DNA from: an uncultured Ruminococcus sp.
Lineage (GTDB): Bacteria > Bacillota > Clostridia > Oscillospirales > CAG-272
Direction of reading: 5' to 3'
Assembly (NCBI GenBank): GCA_964397225.1
Contig: CAYNHY010000003.1
Coordinates: 1-33,469 of the forward strand
Length of the DNA: 33,469 bases
Shown: positions 9,218 through 17,148 of the stretch, in pieces
Layout: each line of letters opens with the position of its first letter
How positions within the stretch are numbered: the stretch's first letter is position 1
The notes under the pieces: model-generated
The model's input: only the letters and a program-made list of their open reading frames with translations
Told to the model about the DNA's origin: nothing
The model's database searches: none
Translations under genes and position numbers: made by a program

Positions 9218-10572
9218 AAGCTCAACGGAGCCGACGCGCAAGCTTTTGGACAGTTTACGCGATAATCACGGCGTGCCTTGTAATACTTATCGCCGCAGGA
9301 CTTGCGCTGTTTTACGATTTTATCGATGCCTTTGACGAGTCTCAGCCGCAAAACCCCGCAGAGGCGGCAGCTGCCTTCGCAAATTCGCTGGATGCGGACT
9401 CTGCGCGCGAGCTCCTGCTGCGGGCAACGGAGGACGTCGAGTGGCAGAGTGAGGCTTCGGCTGAAAAATACATTTCGGAATGCATAGCCGCGCTCGAGGG
9501 TGAGAATACATTCTGCCGACGCTCGGGCGGAGACGATGCGCGACCCGTTTATTCGCTGATGGCGGGCGGACGCGAGGTGCTGCTGCTTGAGCTTGAAAGC
9601 ACGCCGACCGGTCGCTACAGCTTCACAAGCTGGAGGGTGTGCGATACGTCGATTGGTCCCGACGCCTTTCACTGCTACAGCATCACTGTGCCACGTGGCA
9701 GTACGGTCTCCGTGAATGGTAAGCTCCTTGATGAGTCCGCCGCAGCTGCCTGTGACAGCCTCTACCGACCGACGGCGTTCGACGGCGCAGCCCCCGAATG
9801 TGTAATGTATCAAAGCGAGCTTTACGACATCGCACCGAGTGTCACGGCAGTGTACGAGGGCGTCGAGCTCGAGCTTGAGACTCGCGAGCGCTCAATAAGC
9901 GCAGTCTATCCCGCGTCGCTGCTTTACACCGCGACTGTACGTGTTCCGCACGGAAGCACGGTCACGGTAAGAGGCAAGGTTCTTTCGGAGCACGTAAAGT
10001 CCACCGCTGAGGCAGCCTTCGGCGGGATGATAGCGGACACGGTCAACGCGCCGCAGTACGACGTGTATGAGATATGCGGACTTTATGCGCCGCTCGAGGA
10101 TATTGCGGTCACACTCGACGGGCGGCAGCTTGACTTCACAAGAAGCGACTCCGAACGAAGCGTTACAGTCGAGCACCTGCTCGGCGGCAAGTCTGTCGAC
10201 GCGCTCTCGGCATACGGCGAAGAATTCGCGCGGGCATATTTCCACTACACCTCAAGCGGCTACCGCGGAATTGATGAAAATCTTGCGGCTGTGCTGACAT
10301 ATGTGCTTCCCTCCTCCGAGCTGTACACAAGGCTCCGCGACTCGAAGATAGGCTACGATTACGTCACGCCCGTGACAAGTCAGGTCTACAACCGACTTGA
10401 GATTGTCGCCACCTATGAGCTTGATGACGGCTCGTTCGTGCTCGACATAGCCTTTGACATCGATCACACGATATACAGTGAAAAGCGAAGCTATTCGGGT
10501 GAGCTGTTTTTACACATTGTAAGCACCTCGGGCGGTTATGCCGTGCAGAACATGACAATCGAAAATAAATGA
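9214..10572 (+). CDS. Hypothetical membrane-anchored extracytoplasmic protein (452 aa) with two tandem ~85-aa modules
   Basis: ATGA start/stop overlap with the upstream gene. N-terminal TM (FWTVYAIITACLVILIAAGLALF). Internal repeat: YSITVPRGSTVSVNGKLLDE...LYDIAPSVTAVYEGVELEL versus YTATVRVPHGSTVTVRGKVLSE...YEICGLYAPLEDIAVTLDGRQLDF. I recognise no family. Confidence 0.6.
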   Translation: MKAQRSRRASFWTVYAIITACLVILIAAGLALFYDFIDAFDESQPQNPAEAAAAFANSLDADSARELLLRATEDVEWQSEASAEKYISECIAALEGENTFCRRSGGDDARPVYSLMAGGREVLLLELESTPTGRYSFTSWRVCDTSIGPDAFHCYSITVPRGSTVSVNGKLLDESAAAACDSLYRPTAFDGAAPECVMYQSELYDIAPSVTAVYEGVELELETRERSISAVYPASLLYTATVRVPHGSTVTVRGKVLSEHVKSTAEAAFGGMIADTVNAPQYDVYEICGLYAPLEDIAVTLDGRQLDFTRSDSERSVTVEHLLGGKSVDALSAYGEEFARAYFHYTSSGYRGIDENLAAVLTYVLPSSELYTRLRDSKIGYDYVTPVTSQVYNRLEIVATYELDDGSFVLDIAFDIDHTIYSEKRSYSGELFLHIVSTSGGYAVQNMTIENK

Positions 10573-10613
10573 AAAATCCCGGGGTCAGCAAAAGGCTGAC
10601 CCCGGGATTTTTC
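10572..10613. terminator. Bidirectional rho-independent terminator
   Basis: A5-tcccggggtcagc-aaaag-gctgaccccggga-T5, a 14-bp GC-rich stem flanked by A and T runs. It lies between the end of the + operon and the 3' end of the minus-strand tRNA. Confidence 0.85.
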
Positions 10614-10616
10614 ATT

Positions 10617-10689
10617 TGCTCCATCGGAGAATCGAACTCCGGACACCATGATTAAAAGTCATGTGCTCTACCGGCTGAGCTAATGGGGC
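10617..10689 (-). tRNA. tRNA-Lys (anticodon UUU), 73 nt, CCA not encoded
   Basis: Reverse complement folds as GCCCCAT-TA-GCTC-AGCCGGTA-GAGC-A-CATGA-CTTTTAA-TCATG-GTGTC-CGGAG-TTCGATT-CTCCG-ATGGAGC-A. D, anticodon and T stems are perfect; the acceptor stem has one C3:A70 mismatch. Confidence 0.85.
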
Positions 10690-10722
10690 ATATTGACGCT
10701 GCATATATTTCACAGCTGCTTT

Positions 10723-10751
10723 ATTGTATCACAATTTCCCTCATTTGTCAA
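10723..10751 (-). promoter_or_regulatory. Sigma-70-type promoter for tRNA-Lys
   Basis: The minus strand reads TTGACA-N17-TACAAT (plus-strand tgtcaa 10746-10751, attgta 10723-10728). Confidence 0.6.
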
Positions 10752-10836
10752 CTCCCACGGCGAAAAATCATCAAAGTTTCCGATGTATCTTTTGCCGCGG
10801 GCGTTTTTTTGCAGTCCTTGCGGTGAATAGATGTAA

Positions 10837-10873
10837 TTTCGGCAGATGTGTAAGTATTACACATCTGCCGAAA
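10837..10873. terminator. 17-bp stem-loop downstream of the alpha-galactosidase gene
   Basis: tttcggcagatgtgtaa-gta-ttacacatctgccgaaa, a perfect inverted repeat 14 nt after the stop at 10887. The U-tract is weak. Confidence 0.6.
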
Positions 10874-10886
10874 GCTTATTCAGGTA

Positions 10887-13481
10887 TTACTTTTCGCGGA
10901 TGAGATGGAACATCTTGAATACTCCACCCTCAGCCGTGCTGTTCGCAACAAGTCCGACGCGAAGCTCGTTTCCGCTGTACAGACCGTAAGGATTATCGCA
11001 GGTCTGCTTGAATGCGCTGCTTGCGGGAACATCGAGCGACAGCCTGTACTGACGCGGCGTTTCGCCCTTCTCCTGGCAGAAGCAAAGCAGATATTCGCTG
11101 CCGTCCTCACGTGCAATGCAGAATGCGCTTGCAGCCTCGCTGTCGAGCGTGAGTCTGAACACGCGACCTTTTCTGAGAATACTTGCGAACTCGTCCTTTC
11201 CGCTTACTGCGCTCTCAAGTGTTTTTTTTTCAGCTTCGGTAAGCTCGGTCTCCTCGCACTTCGAGCAGCCGTGGCACTCGCACTTCTTCTCGGGAGCAGC
11301 GCCGCGGCGAACAAAGTGGAACATCTCCGCATAGTTGTCCTCGCTGCTGCTTCTGACGATAAGACCGTTACGGAGCTCCTCGGAGGTGTACTCGCTGTTG
11401 TGATTGAAGCGTGCTATCCAGTTCTCGCCTGCGGGAACATCGATGGGAAGCGTGTACTCGGTCGGTTCTTCGCCGTGGATCTGATAGAAGTATACAAGTA
11501 TCTCGCTCTTGTCCTCGGTGATATAGTAGAACGCGCTCTTGCCGCCGTCGTAGGGTGACATGAGTCTGTAGAGCTCGCCATTCTCGATAACGTGCTCGAA
11601 GTTGCGGTACTCGGCGATCTGGCGGCTGATAGCCTGACGCGCCTTGTCGCTGATCTTCGTAATATCGAACTCGTAGCCGAGCACACCCTGGAGCGCTACC
11701 TTGTAGCCGAAGTCGAGGAGTCTGTCGTCCTCAACGGAGTCGGAATGGTTGGAAACGTGGCAGCTCATGACACACGCAGGGTACATCATGGTAGAGCCGT
11801 ACTGAATGAAGATACGACTTACGGGATCGGTGTTGTCGCTGGTCCAGATCTGAGACGAGTATTTCATCATAGCGAGGTCGTATCTTCCGCCGCCGCCGCT
11901 GCAATTCTCGATCATTACTCCCGGATACTCGTCGCAGAACCACTGATAGAGGTCATAAACGCCGAGCATGAAGCGGTGTGCCGCCTCGCCCTGTCTGTCT
12001 GCGGGAATGCACTTCGACGCGATCTGGCAGAGGTGACGGTTGAAGTCCCACTTGATGTAGTCGAGCGGAACGTCGGTGAAGGTCTTCTTGAAGATATTCT
12101 TGAGGTAATCGAGAACCTCCGGGTTAGCGAAGTCAAGCACGAGCTGCTGACGGCTTCTCTGGTGGTCGCGTCCTGCGGCTGCAAGCGCCCAGTCGGGATG
12201 TGCGCGGTAGAGATCGGAGTCGGGGTTGACCATCTCGGGCTCGATCCAGATACCGAAGCGAATTCCATGGCTCTTTATGCGGCGAACGAACGGAGGAAGT
12301 CCGTCCTTGAAGCGATCGGGGTTAGCCCACCAGTCGCCGAGTCCGGCATTGTCGCTGAGTCTCTTACCGAACCAGCCGTCGTCCATAACAAGCATATCAA
12401 AGCCGCATTCTGCTGCGTACTTTGCGTACTCCTCCATATTGTGCTCATCGATATCGAAGAAGTTACCCTCCCAGGTATTGAGAACAACGGGACGTCTCTC
12501 TGTGTTGCAGGGGCGGACGATGTGCTTTCTTGTGAAGCGATGGAGATTTCTCGACATCTGACCGATACCGTCGGCGGAATAGGTCATTACAGCCTCGGGA
12601 GTGGTGAAGCTGTCGTCGGGGTCGACGGTCCACGAGAAGAAGTCGGGGTGGAGACCGACCTTGACACGAACGCTCATGCTCTGCTCGACCTCAACGGAAT
12701 TCTTGAAGCAGCCGCTGTAAACAAACGAGAAGCCGATAGCCTCGCCTGCGGTCTCTGTAGCGTCGTGAGCGACAACGGCAAAGCTGTTGTTCATCTGCGC
12801 GCCTGTAGCTCCGCGGCGGGACTCGAGGGTGAGATTACCGTGGATAACGGGATTTCTCTGCATGCTACGCTCGCTGGCGTGATTTCCGTAGAAGGAGATA
12901 ACGTCGCAGTTGCTGTGAGGCAGGTCGAGCATAATGCTTGCCGCGTTCTCGAGGACTACAGCGCTCTTGCCCGTATTGCGGAGAGTCATGTAGCGGGAGA
13001 TGGTGTCCTCCTTCGGGAATACGGTGTAATAAAGGTCGAGCTCGCACTCGGACACTGCATCGCGAAGCGTGATGCAAAGCGTCTCCGTATCATTGTCCGC
13101 TGAAGCGAAGGGCAGTCCGGGCAGCTCCTTTCTTCCGCTTATTATCTCATGAGAAAGATATTCAAACGAGGTGACGGAGTTACCGTCGGCATTCTTTACG
13201 CGAACAGAATCGCTTCTGTAGTCGCCGCTGTCAAAGCCGGATACCTCAAGCATGCGAAGGTTGAGCGAGAAGCGCTGACCGAAGGGCTGATTGTCGCAGA
13301 CATACGAGGGGTACGGTGTAAAGCCGCGGTCGGGAAGCATCTCGATCTCGGGCAGGCTGTCCGTTCTCTTTCCGTAGTAGAGATGAACGAGAAATCTGTC
13401 GAGCTCGAGCTGCATCGCGTAGGTCGTGTTCTCGGTGTTGATGATGAATCTTTTCGATTCGCTGCAATAGCTGATTGACAT
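10887..13481 (-). CDS. GH36 alpha-galactosidase with a ~138-aa C-terminal extension (864 aa)
   Basis: GH36-type N-terminal, catalytic and C-terminal domains (MSISYCSESKRFIINTENTTYAMQL..., VLNTWEGNFFDIDE, LVMDDGWFGKR, IKWDFNR, ENCSGGGGRYD). AAGGAG RBS. Residues 727-864 add a Cys-rich linker and a second copy of the C-terminal beta-sandwich. Confidence 0.9.
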   Translation of the reverse strand: MSISYCSESKRFIINTENTTYAMQLELDRFLVHLYYGKRTDSLPEIEMLPDRGFTPYPSYVCDNQPFGQRFSLNLRMLEVSGFDSGDYRSDSVRVKNADGNSVTSFEYLSHEIISGRKELPGLPFASADNDTETLCITLRDAVSECELDLYYTVFPKEDTISRYMTLRNTGKSAVVLENAASIMLDLPHSNCDVISFYGNHASERSMQRNPVIHGNLTLESRRGATGAQMNNSFAVVAHDATETAGEAIGFSFVYSGCFKNSVEVEQSMSVRVKVGLHPDFFSWTVDPDDSFTTPEAVMTYSADGIGQMSRNLHRFTRKHIVRPCNTERRPVVLNTWEGNFFDIDEHNMEEYAKYAAECGFDMLVMDDGWFGKRLSDNAGLGDWWANPDRFKDGLPPFVRRIKSHGIRFGIWIEPEMVNPDSDLYRAHPDWALAAAGRDHQRSRQQLVLDFANPEVLDYLKNIFKKTFTDVPLDYIKWDFNRHLCQIASKCIPADRQGEAAHRFMLGVYDLYQWFCDEYPGVMIENCSGGGGRYDLAMMKYSSQIWTSDNTDPVSRIFIQYGSTMMYPACVMSCHVSNHSDSVEDDRLLDFGYKVALQGVLGYEFDITKISDKARQAISRQIAEYRNFEHVIENGELYRLMSPYDGGKSAFYYITEDKSEILVYFYQIHGEEPTEYTLPIDVPAGENWIARFNHNSEYTSEELRNGLIVRSSSEDNYAEMFHFVRRGAAPEKKCECHGCSKCEETELTEAEKKTLESAVSGKDEFASILRKGRVFRLTLDSEAASAFCIAREDGSEYLLCFCQEKGETPRQYRLSLDVPASSAFKQTCDNPYGLYSGNELRVGLVANSTAEGGVFKMFHLIREK

Positions 13482-13514
13482 AGCAAAACTCCTTTGGTGT
13501 TTTAACTTACCTAT

Positions 13515-13543
13515 ATAATATCAGTTTTCAGCATATTTTTCAA
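13515..13543 (-). promoter_or_regulatory. Sigma-70-type promoter for the alpha-galactosidase gene
   Basis: The minus strand reads TTGAAA-N17-TATTAT (plus-strand tttcaa 13538-13543, ataata 13515-13520). Confidence 0.5.
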
Positions 13544-13603
13544 GGGGGATTTTCAAACTTTATGCCATAATTATTTTTCTTTTGTAAAATTCGGCTCAGG
13601 GGC

Positions 13604-13632
13604 TTGACAAAACTCGTTTTTTGGATAATAAT
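13604..13632 (+). promoter_or_regulatory. Sigma-70-type promoter for the esterase gene
   Basis: TTGACA (13604-13609), then a 16-17 nt spacer, then the A/T-rich -10 region GGATAATAAT. Confidence 0.5.
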
Positions 13633-13676
13633 ATACATATATTATTTTCGCTAAAAAAGGCGCAAGGAGGACAGCA

Positions 13677-14552
13677 ATGCACGAGAACAAATACTCCTCA
13701 ATTGACATGGAGCGTGACTTTTCACGTGAGCTCTACAGAGCCGATGACGGCTACACACTTCCCTACAGACTTTACATACCGAAGAATTACGACTGCGGTA
13801 TGATGTACCCCGTGCTCCTTTTCATGCACGGCGCCGGCGAGCGCGGCACAGATAACGGAAATCAGATTCGCGTCGCACTTCCGCACATCTTCGACGATCC
13901 CGCCTCACCTGCGTACAGCTCGATCGTTATAGCACCGCAGTGTCCCGAGGATCGCCAGTGGGTCTATACCCCCTGGGAAAAGGGCTGCTACTCAACTGCA
14001 AACGTTACCGAATCGCGCGAGTGCGCCGCCGTTATTGAGATACTTCGCTTTATCGCCTCCGAATACAATGTCGACCGCTCGCGCATTTACGTTACCGGTC
14101 TTTCAATGGGCGGCTTTGCCACATGGGATCTTATGACCCGTCACCCCTCTGTATTCGCCGCCGGAATGCCCGTATGCGGTGGCGGAGACCCGTCTGCGGC
14201 GCGGCTTCTCGCGGATATTCCGATCCGCACCTTTCACGGAACACTTGACGGCTCCGTACCGGTCGAGGGCACGCGTGAGATGTACACCGCCATCAAGGCT
14301 CTCGGACGCGGACGCATCCGCTACACGGAGATTGAGGACGGCTATCACGACATCTGGGACGACGTATACAGCAATACTCATAACATTCGCTGGCTTTATT
14401 CCAATGTCAAGCGCAAGAAGACCAAGGCTCGCGCGGCGGCTGACGCCGTAAAGACCGGCAATTATCGCAAGGTCGGACTTGCCGGTGCCGCAGCACTTGC
14501 TGCGGGAGCTATTTTGCTCATCCACCGCAGCTCGCGCAAAAACAAGAAATAA
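13677..14552 (+). CDS. Alpha/beta-hydrolase esterase (carbohydrate esterase/dienelactone hydrolase-like) with a C-terminal TM tail (291 aa)
   Basis: YRLYIPKNYD...YPVLLFMHGAGERG, nucleophile elbow GLSMGG, late His (GYHDIW). AGGAGG RBS at 13664-13669. The C-terminus is VGLAGAAALAAGAILLIH followed by RSSRKNKK. No N-terminal signal peptide is visible. Confidence 0.75.
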   Translation: MHENKYSSIDMERDFSRELYRADDGYTLPYRLYIPKNYDCGMMYPVLLFMHGAGERGTDNGNQIRVALPHIFDDPASPAYSSIVIAPQCPEDRQWVYTPWEKGCYSTANVTESRECAAVIEILRFIASEYNVDRSRIYVTGLSMGGFATWDLMTRHPSVFAAGMPVCGGGDPSAARLLADIPIRTFHGTLDGSVPVEGTREMYTAIKALGRGRIRYTEIEDGYHDIWDDVYSNTHNIRWLYSNVKRKKTKARAAADAVKTGNYRKVGLAGAAALAAGAILLIHRSSRKNKK

Positions 14553-14560
14553 AAAAACAC

Positions 14561-14588
14561 TCGGGGCTGTCCTCTCGGACAGCCCCGA
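14561..14588. terminator. Bidirectional stem-loop between convergent genes
   Basis: tcggggctgtcc-tctc-ggacagccccga, preceded by an A7 run. It lies between the esterase stop (14552) and the EF-G2 stop (14596). Confidence 0.8.
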
Positions 14589-14595
14589 ACTTTAG

Positions 14596-16665
14596 TTATT
14601 CTTCATCCTTCTTCGCCTCGGCGATTATCTTCTGAGCGACATTTGCGGGAGCCTCCTCATATCGGTCAACGGTATAATCGAAGCGTCCTCTGCCCTGCGA
14701 CATTGCGCGCAGAGCTATTGTATAATCGGACATTTCCGCTCTCGGAACGTCTGCCTCGATCTCGGTGTAGCCGCTCTTCTTCTCATAAGGATTCATGCCG
14801 AGCACACGTCCGCGCCTCTTATTGAGATCTCCTATGCAATCTCCGACAAGCGCATCGGGAACTGCGACCTTCAGCATGCCGATAGGCTCGAGAAGCACGG
14901 GATTTGCCTTAGGCAGACCTTCCTTGTACGCAAGACGTGCGGCAAGCTTGAAGGATATCTCGTTCGAGTCGACCGCGTGGTACGAGCCGTCGTACAGATC
15001 TGCGGCAAGGTTGACCACAGGATAGCCCGCAAGCACGCCCTTCTGCATTGCCTCGAGCAGACCCTTTTCGACCGCGGGATAATAGCCCTTCGGTACCGAG
15101 CCTCCGACAACGGACTGCGTAAAGGTCAGACCTGCATCGTCCCCGTGCGAGAAGCGGATCTTTACATGACCGTACTGACCGGAGCCGCCGGACTGCTTCT
15201 TGTGCTTGCCCTCGACGTCGCTTCTGCCCTTGATCGTCTCGCGGTATGCAAGGCGGGGCTCCTCGAGCACGACGGACGTGCCGTAGCGATTCTTCAGACG
15301 GGACACAACTATATCAAGATGCATATCTCCCATACCGGAGATGGTCATCTGCTTGGTCTCTGCATTATTCTCGTATCTGAGCGTCGGATCCTCCTCGAGA
15401 AGTCGGGTGATACCGCCGGATATCTTATCCTCGTCGCCCTTTGCGGCGGGCTTCAGCGCGCGCTCGAGATACGGCTTCGGGAATACTATCTTTCTGTACT
15501 CAACAGCATTTCCGGCGCACATCGTGTCATTCGTGGACAGACCTGCAAGCTTCGTTACAACGCCGATATCTCCGCAGTGGAGGACGTCCACCTCCGTCTG
15601 CTTCTTGCCGCAGACGGTGTTGATGTGTGCGAATTTTTCTTCCTTGCCCGTTCTCACGTTGCGAAGCACGGTGTCGCGCTTGAGCGTGCCGCTCATTACC
15701 TTGAAGAAAGACATCTTACCGACAAACGGGTCGGCTACCGTCTTGAATACGAATATTGAAGGATCTCCGTCCGTCACGATCGGTTCGGGGACTATCTCGC
15801 CGTCCTTTACAATGCCTTGAACATTCTTTGTCACATGCGTCGGGAAGGACTCTACGAATGCATCAAGCAGCGCGTAGATGCCCCACAGACTCGTTGCAGC
15901 GCCGCAATATACGGGAACTATCGAGCCGTCGGCGATTCCGCTGTGGAGCGCTGCCGCAGCCTCCTTACGCGAAATGTGCTCGCCGTTCATGTATTTGTCG
16001 AGAAGCTCCTCACTTGTCAGCGCGATAGCCTCCTTCAGGCTTTCTCTGTAATTTGCCGCGATAGTCTTGAGCTCGTCGTCCATCTCGATCTCGACGCGTG
16101 CGCCCTTTGCATCATACTTGAAGGTCTTCATCTCGATAAGGTCGATCATGCTGACCTCGCCTGCGCGTCTGACGGGAACGAATACAGGGCACAGCGCGTT
16201 ACCGAATTCCTCGCGAAGCTCCGCGAATACACGGTCGAAATTCGACTCGGGGTCGTCGCACTTGTTAATGAAGAAGGCCTTCGGCATTGCCTCATCGACA
16301 GCCATCTCCCAGGCAAGCTCCGCGCCGACCTCAAGTCCGCTCTTCGCGTCCACAGTGATTATAGCCGCGTCAGCTGCGCGAACCGCCTCAAGCGCATCCG
16401 CCTTAAAATCAAGGAAGCCGGGTGCGTCGAGCACGTTTATTTTCGTGTCCTTCCAGGTCACGGGAGCGACAGAAAGATTAAGTGAAAAGCCCTTCTTTAT
16501 CTCATCGGGATCGTAATCACAGACCGTGTTGCCGTCCGTTACCTTTCCCATTCTGTCGATAGCCTTCGTCGCATAAAGCATAGCCTCAACGATTGAGGTC
16601 TTTCCGCTGCCGCCGTGACCGACGAGCGCGATGTTTCTGATGTTTTCCGTTGTAAATACTGCCAT
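14596..16665 (-). CDS. Elongation factor G paralog (EF-G2-type translational GTPase, 689 aa)
   Basis: I place the start at the ATG at 16665 (MAVFTTENIRNIALVGHGGSGKTSIVEAMLY), preceded by AAGGAG. The G1 motif GHGGSGKT resembles EF-G2 paralogs rather than canonical AHIDAGKTT. DxPG (LDAPGF) and NKCD are present, and EF-G domains II-V are recognisable. The 69 codons upstream in the track ORF cover the promoter region. Confidence 0.85.
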   Translation of the reverse strand: MAVFTTENIRNIALVGHGGSGKTSIVEAMLYATKAIDRMGKVTDGNTVCDYDPDEIKKGFSLNLSVAPVTWKDTKINVLDAPGFLDFKADALEAVRAADAAIITVDAKSGLEVGAELAWEMAVDEAMPKAFFINKCDDPESNFDRVFAELREEFGNALCPVFVPVRRAGEVSMIDLIEMKTFKYDAKGARVEIEMDDELKTIAANYRESLKEAIALTSEELLDKYMNGEHISRKEAAAALHSGIADGSIVPVYCGAATSLWGIYALLDAFVESFPTHVTKNVQGIVKDGEIVPEPIVTDGDPSIFVFKTVADPFVGKMSFFKVMSGTLKRDTVLRNVRTGKEEKFAHINTVCGKKQTEVDVLHCGDIGVVTKLAGLSTNDTMCAGNAVEYRKIVFPKPYLERALKPAAKGDEDKISGGITRLLEEDPTLRYENNAETKQMTISGMGDMHLDIVVSRLKNRYGTSVVLEEPRLAYRETIKGRSDVEGKHKKQSGGSGQYGHVKIRFSHGDDAGLTFTQSVVGGSVPKGYYPAVEKGLLEAMQKGVLAGYPVVNLAADLYDGSYHAVDSNEISFKLAARLAYKEGLPKANPVLLEPIGMLKVAVPDALVGDCIGDLNKRRGRVLGMNPYEKKSGYTEIEADVPRAEMSDYTIALRAMSQGRGRFDYTVDRYEEAPANVAQKIIAEAKKDEE

Positions 16666-16753
16666 ATGTAACTCCTTAAAGAGAGAAATTGTAATGTTTG
16701 TCAAGTTAGATAAAAAAAACGTTCCCGTTCTGTGCAACTTGCATCTATAATAA

Positions 16754-16782
16754 ATTATACAACAAATCGGGCACGTTTTCAA
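16754..16782 (-). promoter_or_regulatory. Sigma-70-type promoter for the EF-G2 gene
   Basis: The minus strand reads TTGAAA-N17-TATAAT (plus-strand tttcaa 16777-16782, attata 16754-16759). Confidence 0.6.
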
Positions 16783-17050
16783 GTATTTGCCTCCACAAAT
16801 CTCTTCGTCAACATGTAGTTTTTTACCCCGTTTTTTTGTGCATGTCGCACAAAAAGCATCTTTGCAGCCCAATTATATGGAATTTTTCGCGTTTTTGAGC
16901 TCTGTTCACAGGCGCCGCGTCGCCTTGCCAATGCCAAAAGTATAGTGCAGGATTACCTATAATCCACCGGGCATTTGGCAATTTAATCCCAGTGCTTCTC
17001 TCACACTGAGGGAAAGTACGGGAAATTCTCGGGAAATAGCATGCAAGCTG

Positions 17051-17079
17051 TTGACAAGTTCACTGCATAGTGCTATAAT
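17051..17079 (+). promoter_or_regulatory. Consensus sigma-70 promoter for the phosphonate operon
   Basis: TTGACA (17051-17056)-N17-TATAAT (17074-17079), both hexamers perfect. Confidence 0.75.
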
Positions 17080-17148
17080 CTGTTTATCGAACGCCGAAAA
17101 AGCGTTTTTCGGTAATTAACTGTTTCAATTTTGAAAGTGACGCTAAAA

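Noticed and set aside
10617-10886. tRNA-Lys as an integration hotspot marking a genomic island
   Set aside because: There is no integrase, no direct repeat of the tRNA 3' end, and no compositional break that I can see on either side. The neighbouring genes are ordinary housekeeping or carbohydrate genes.
11592-13103. 503-aa plus-strand ORF
   Set aside because: Antisense to the GH36 alpha-galactosidase, with no motifs. The same applies to 10905..11558 (+).
16666-16872. Cys-rich 69-aa N-terminal extension of the EF-G ORF (MGCKDAFCATCTKK...CPICCIIYYRC), which looks like a zinc-finger fusion
   Set aside because: The extension covers the predicted TTGAAA-N17-TATAAT promoter and an A/T-rich leader. 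The AAGGAG RBS and the conserved EF-G N-terminus begin at the ATG at 16665. The codon usage of the extension is unlike that of the gene body.
16925-16981. Imperfect inverted repeat TTGCCAATGCC...GGCATTTGGCAA enclosing a TATAAT-like hexamer in the EF-G2/phnW intergenic region
   Set aside because: The arms are imperfect (one unpaired A). The internal TATAAT has no acceptable -35 at 16-18 bp, and I cannot tie it to either flanking gene. It is too weak to call.
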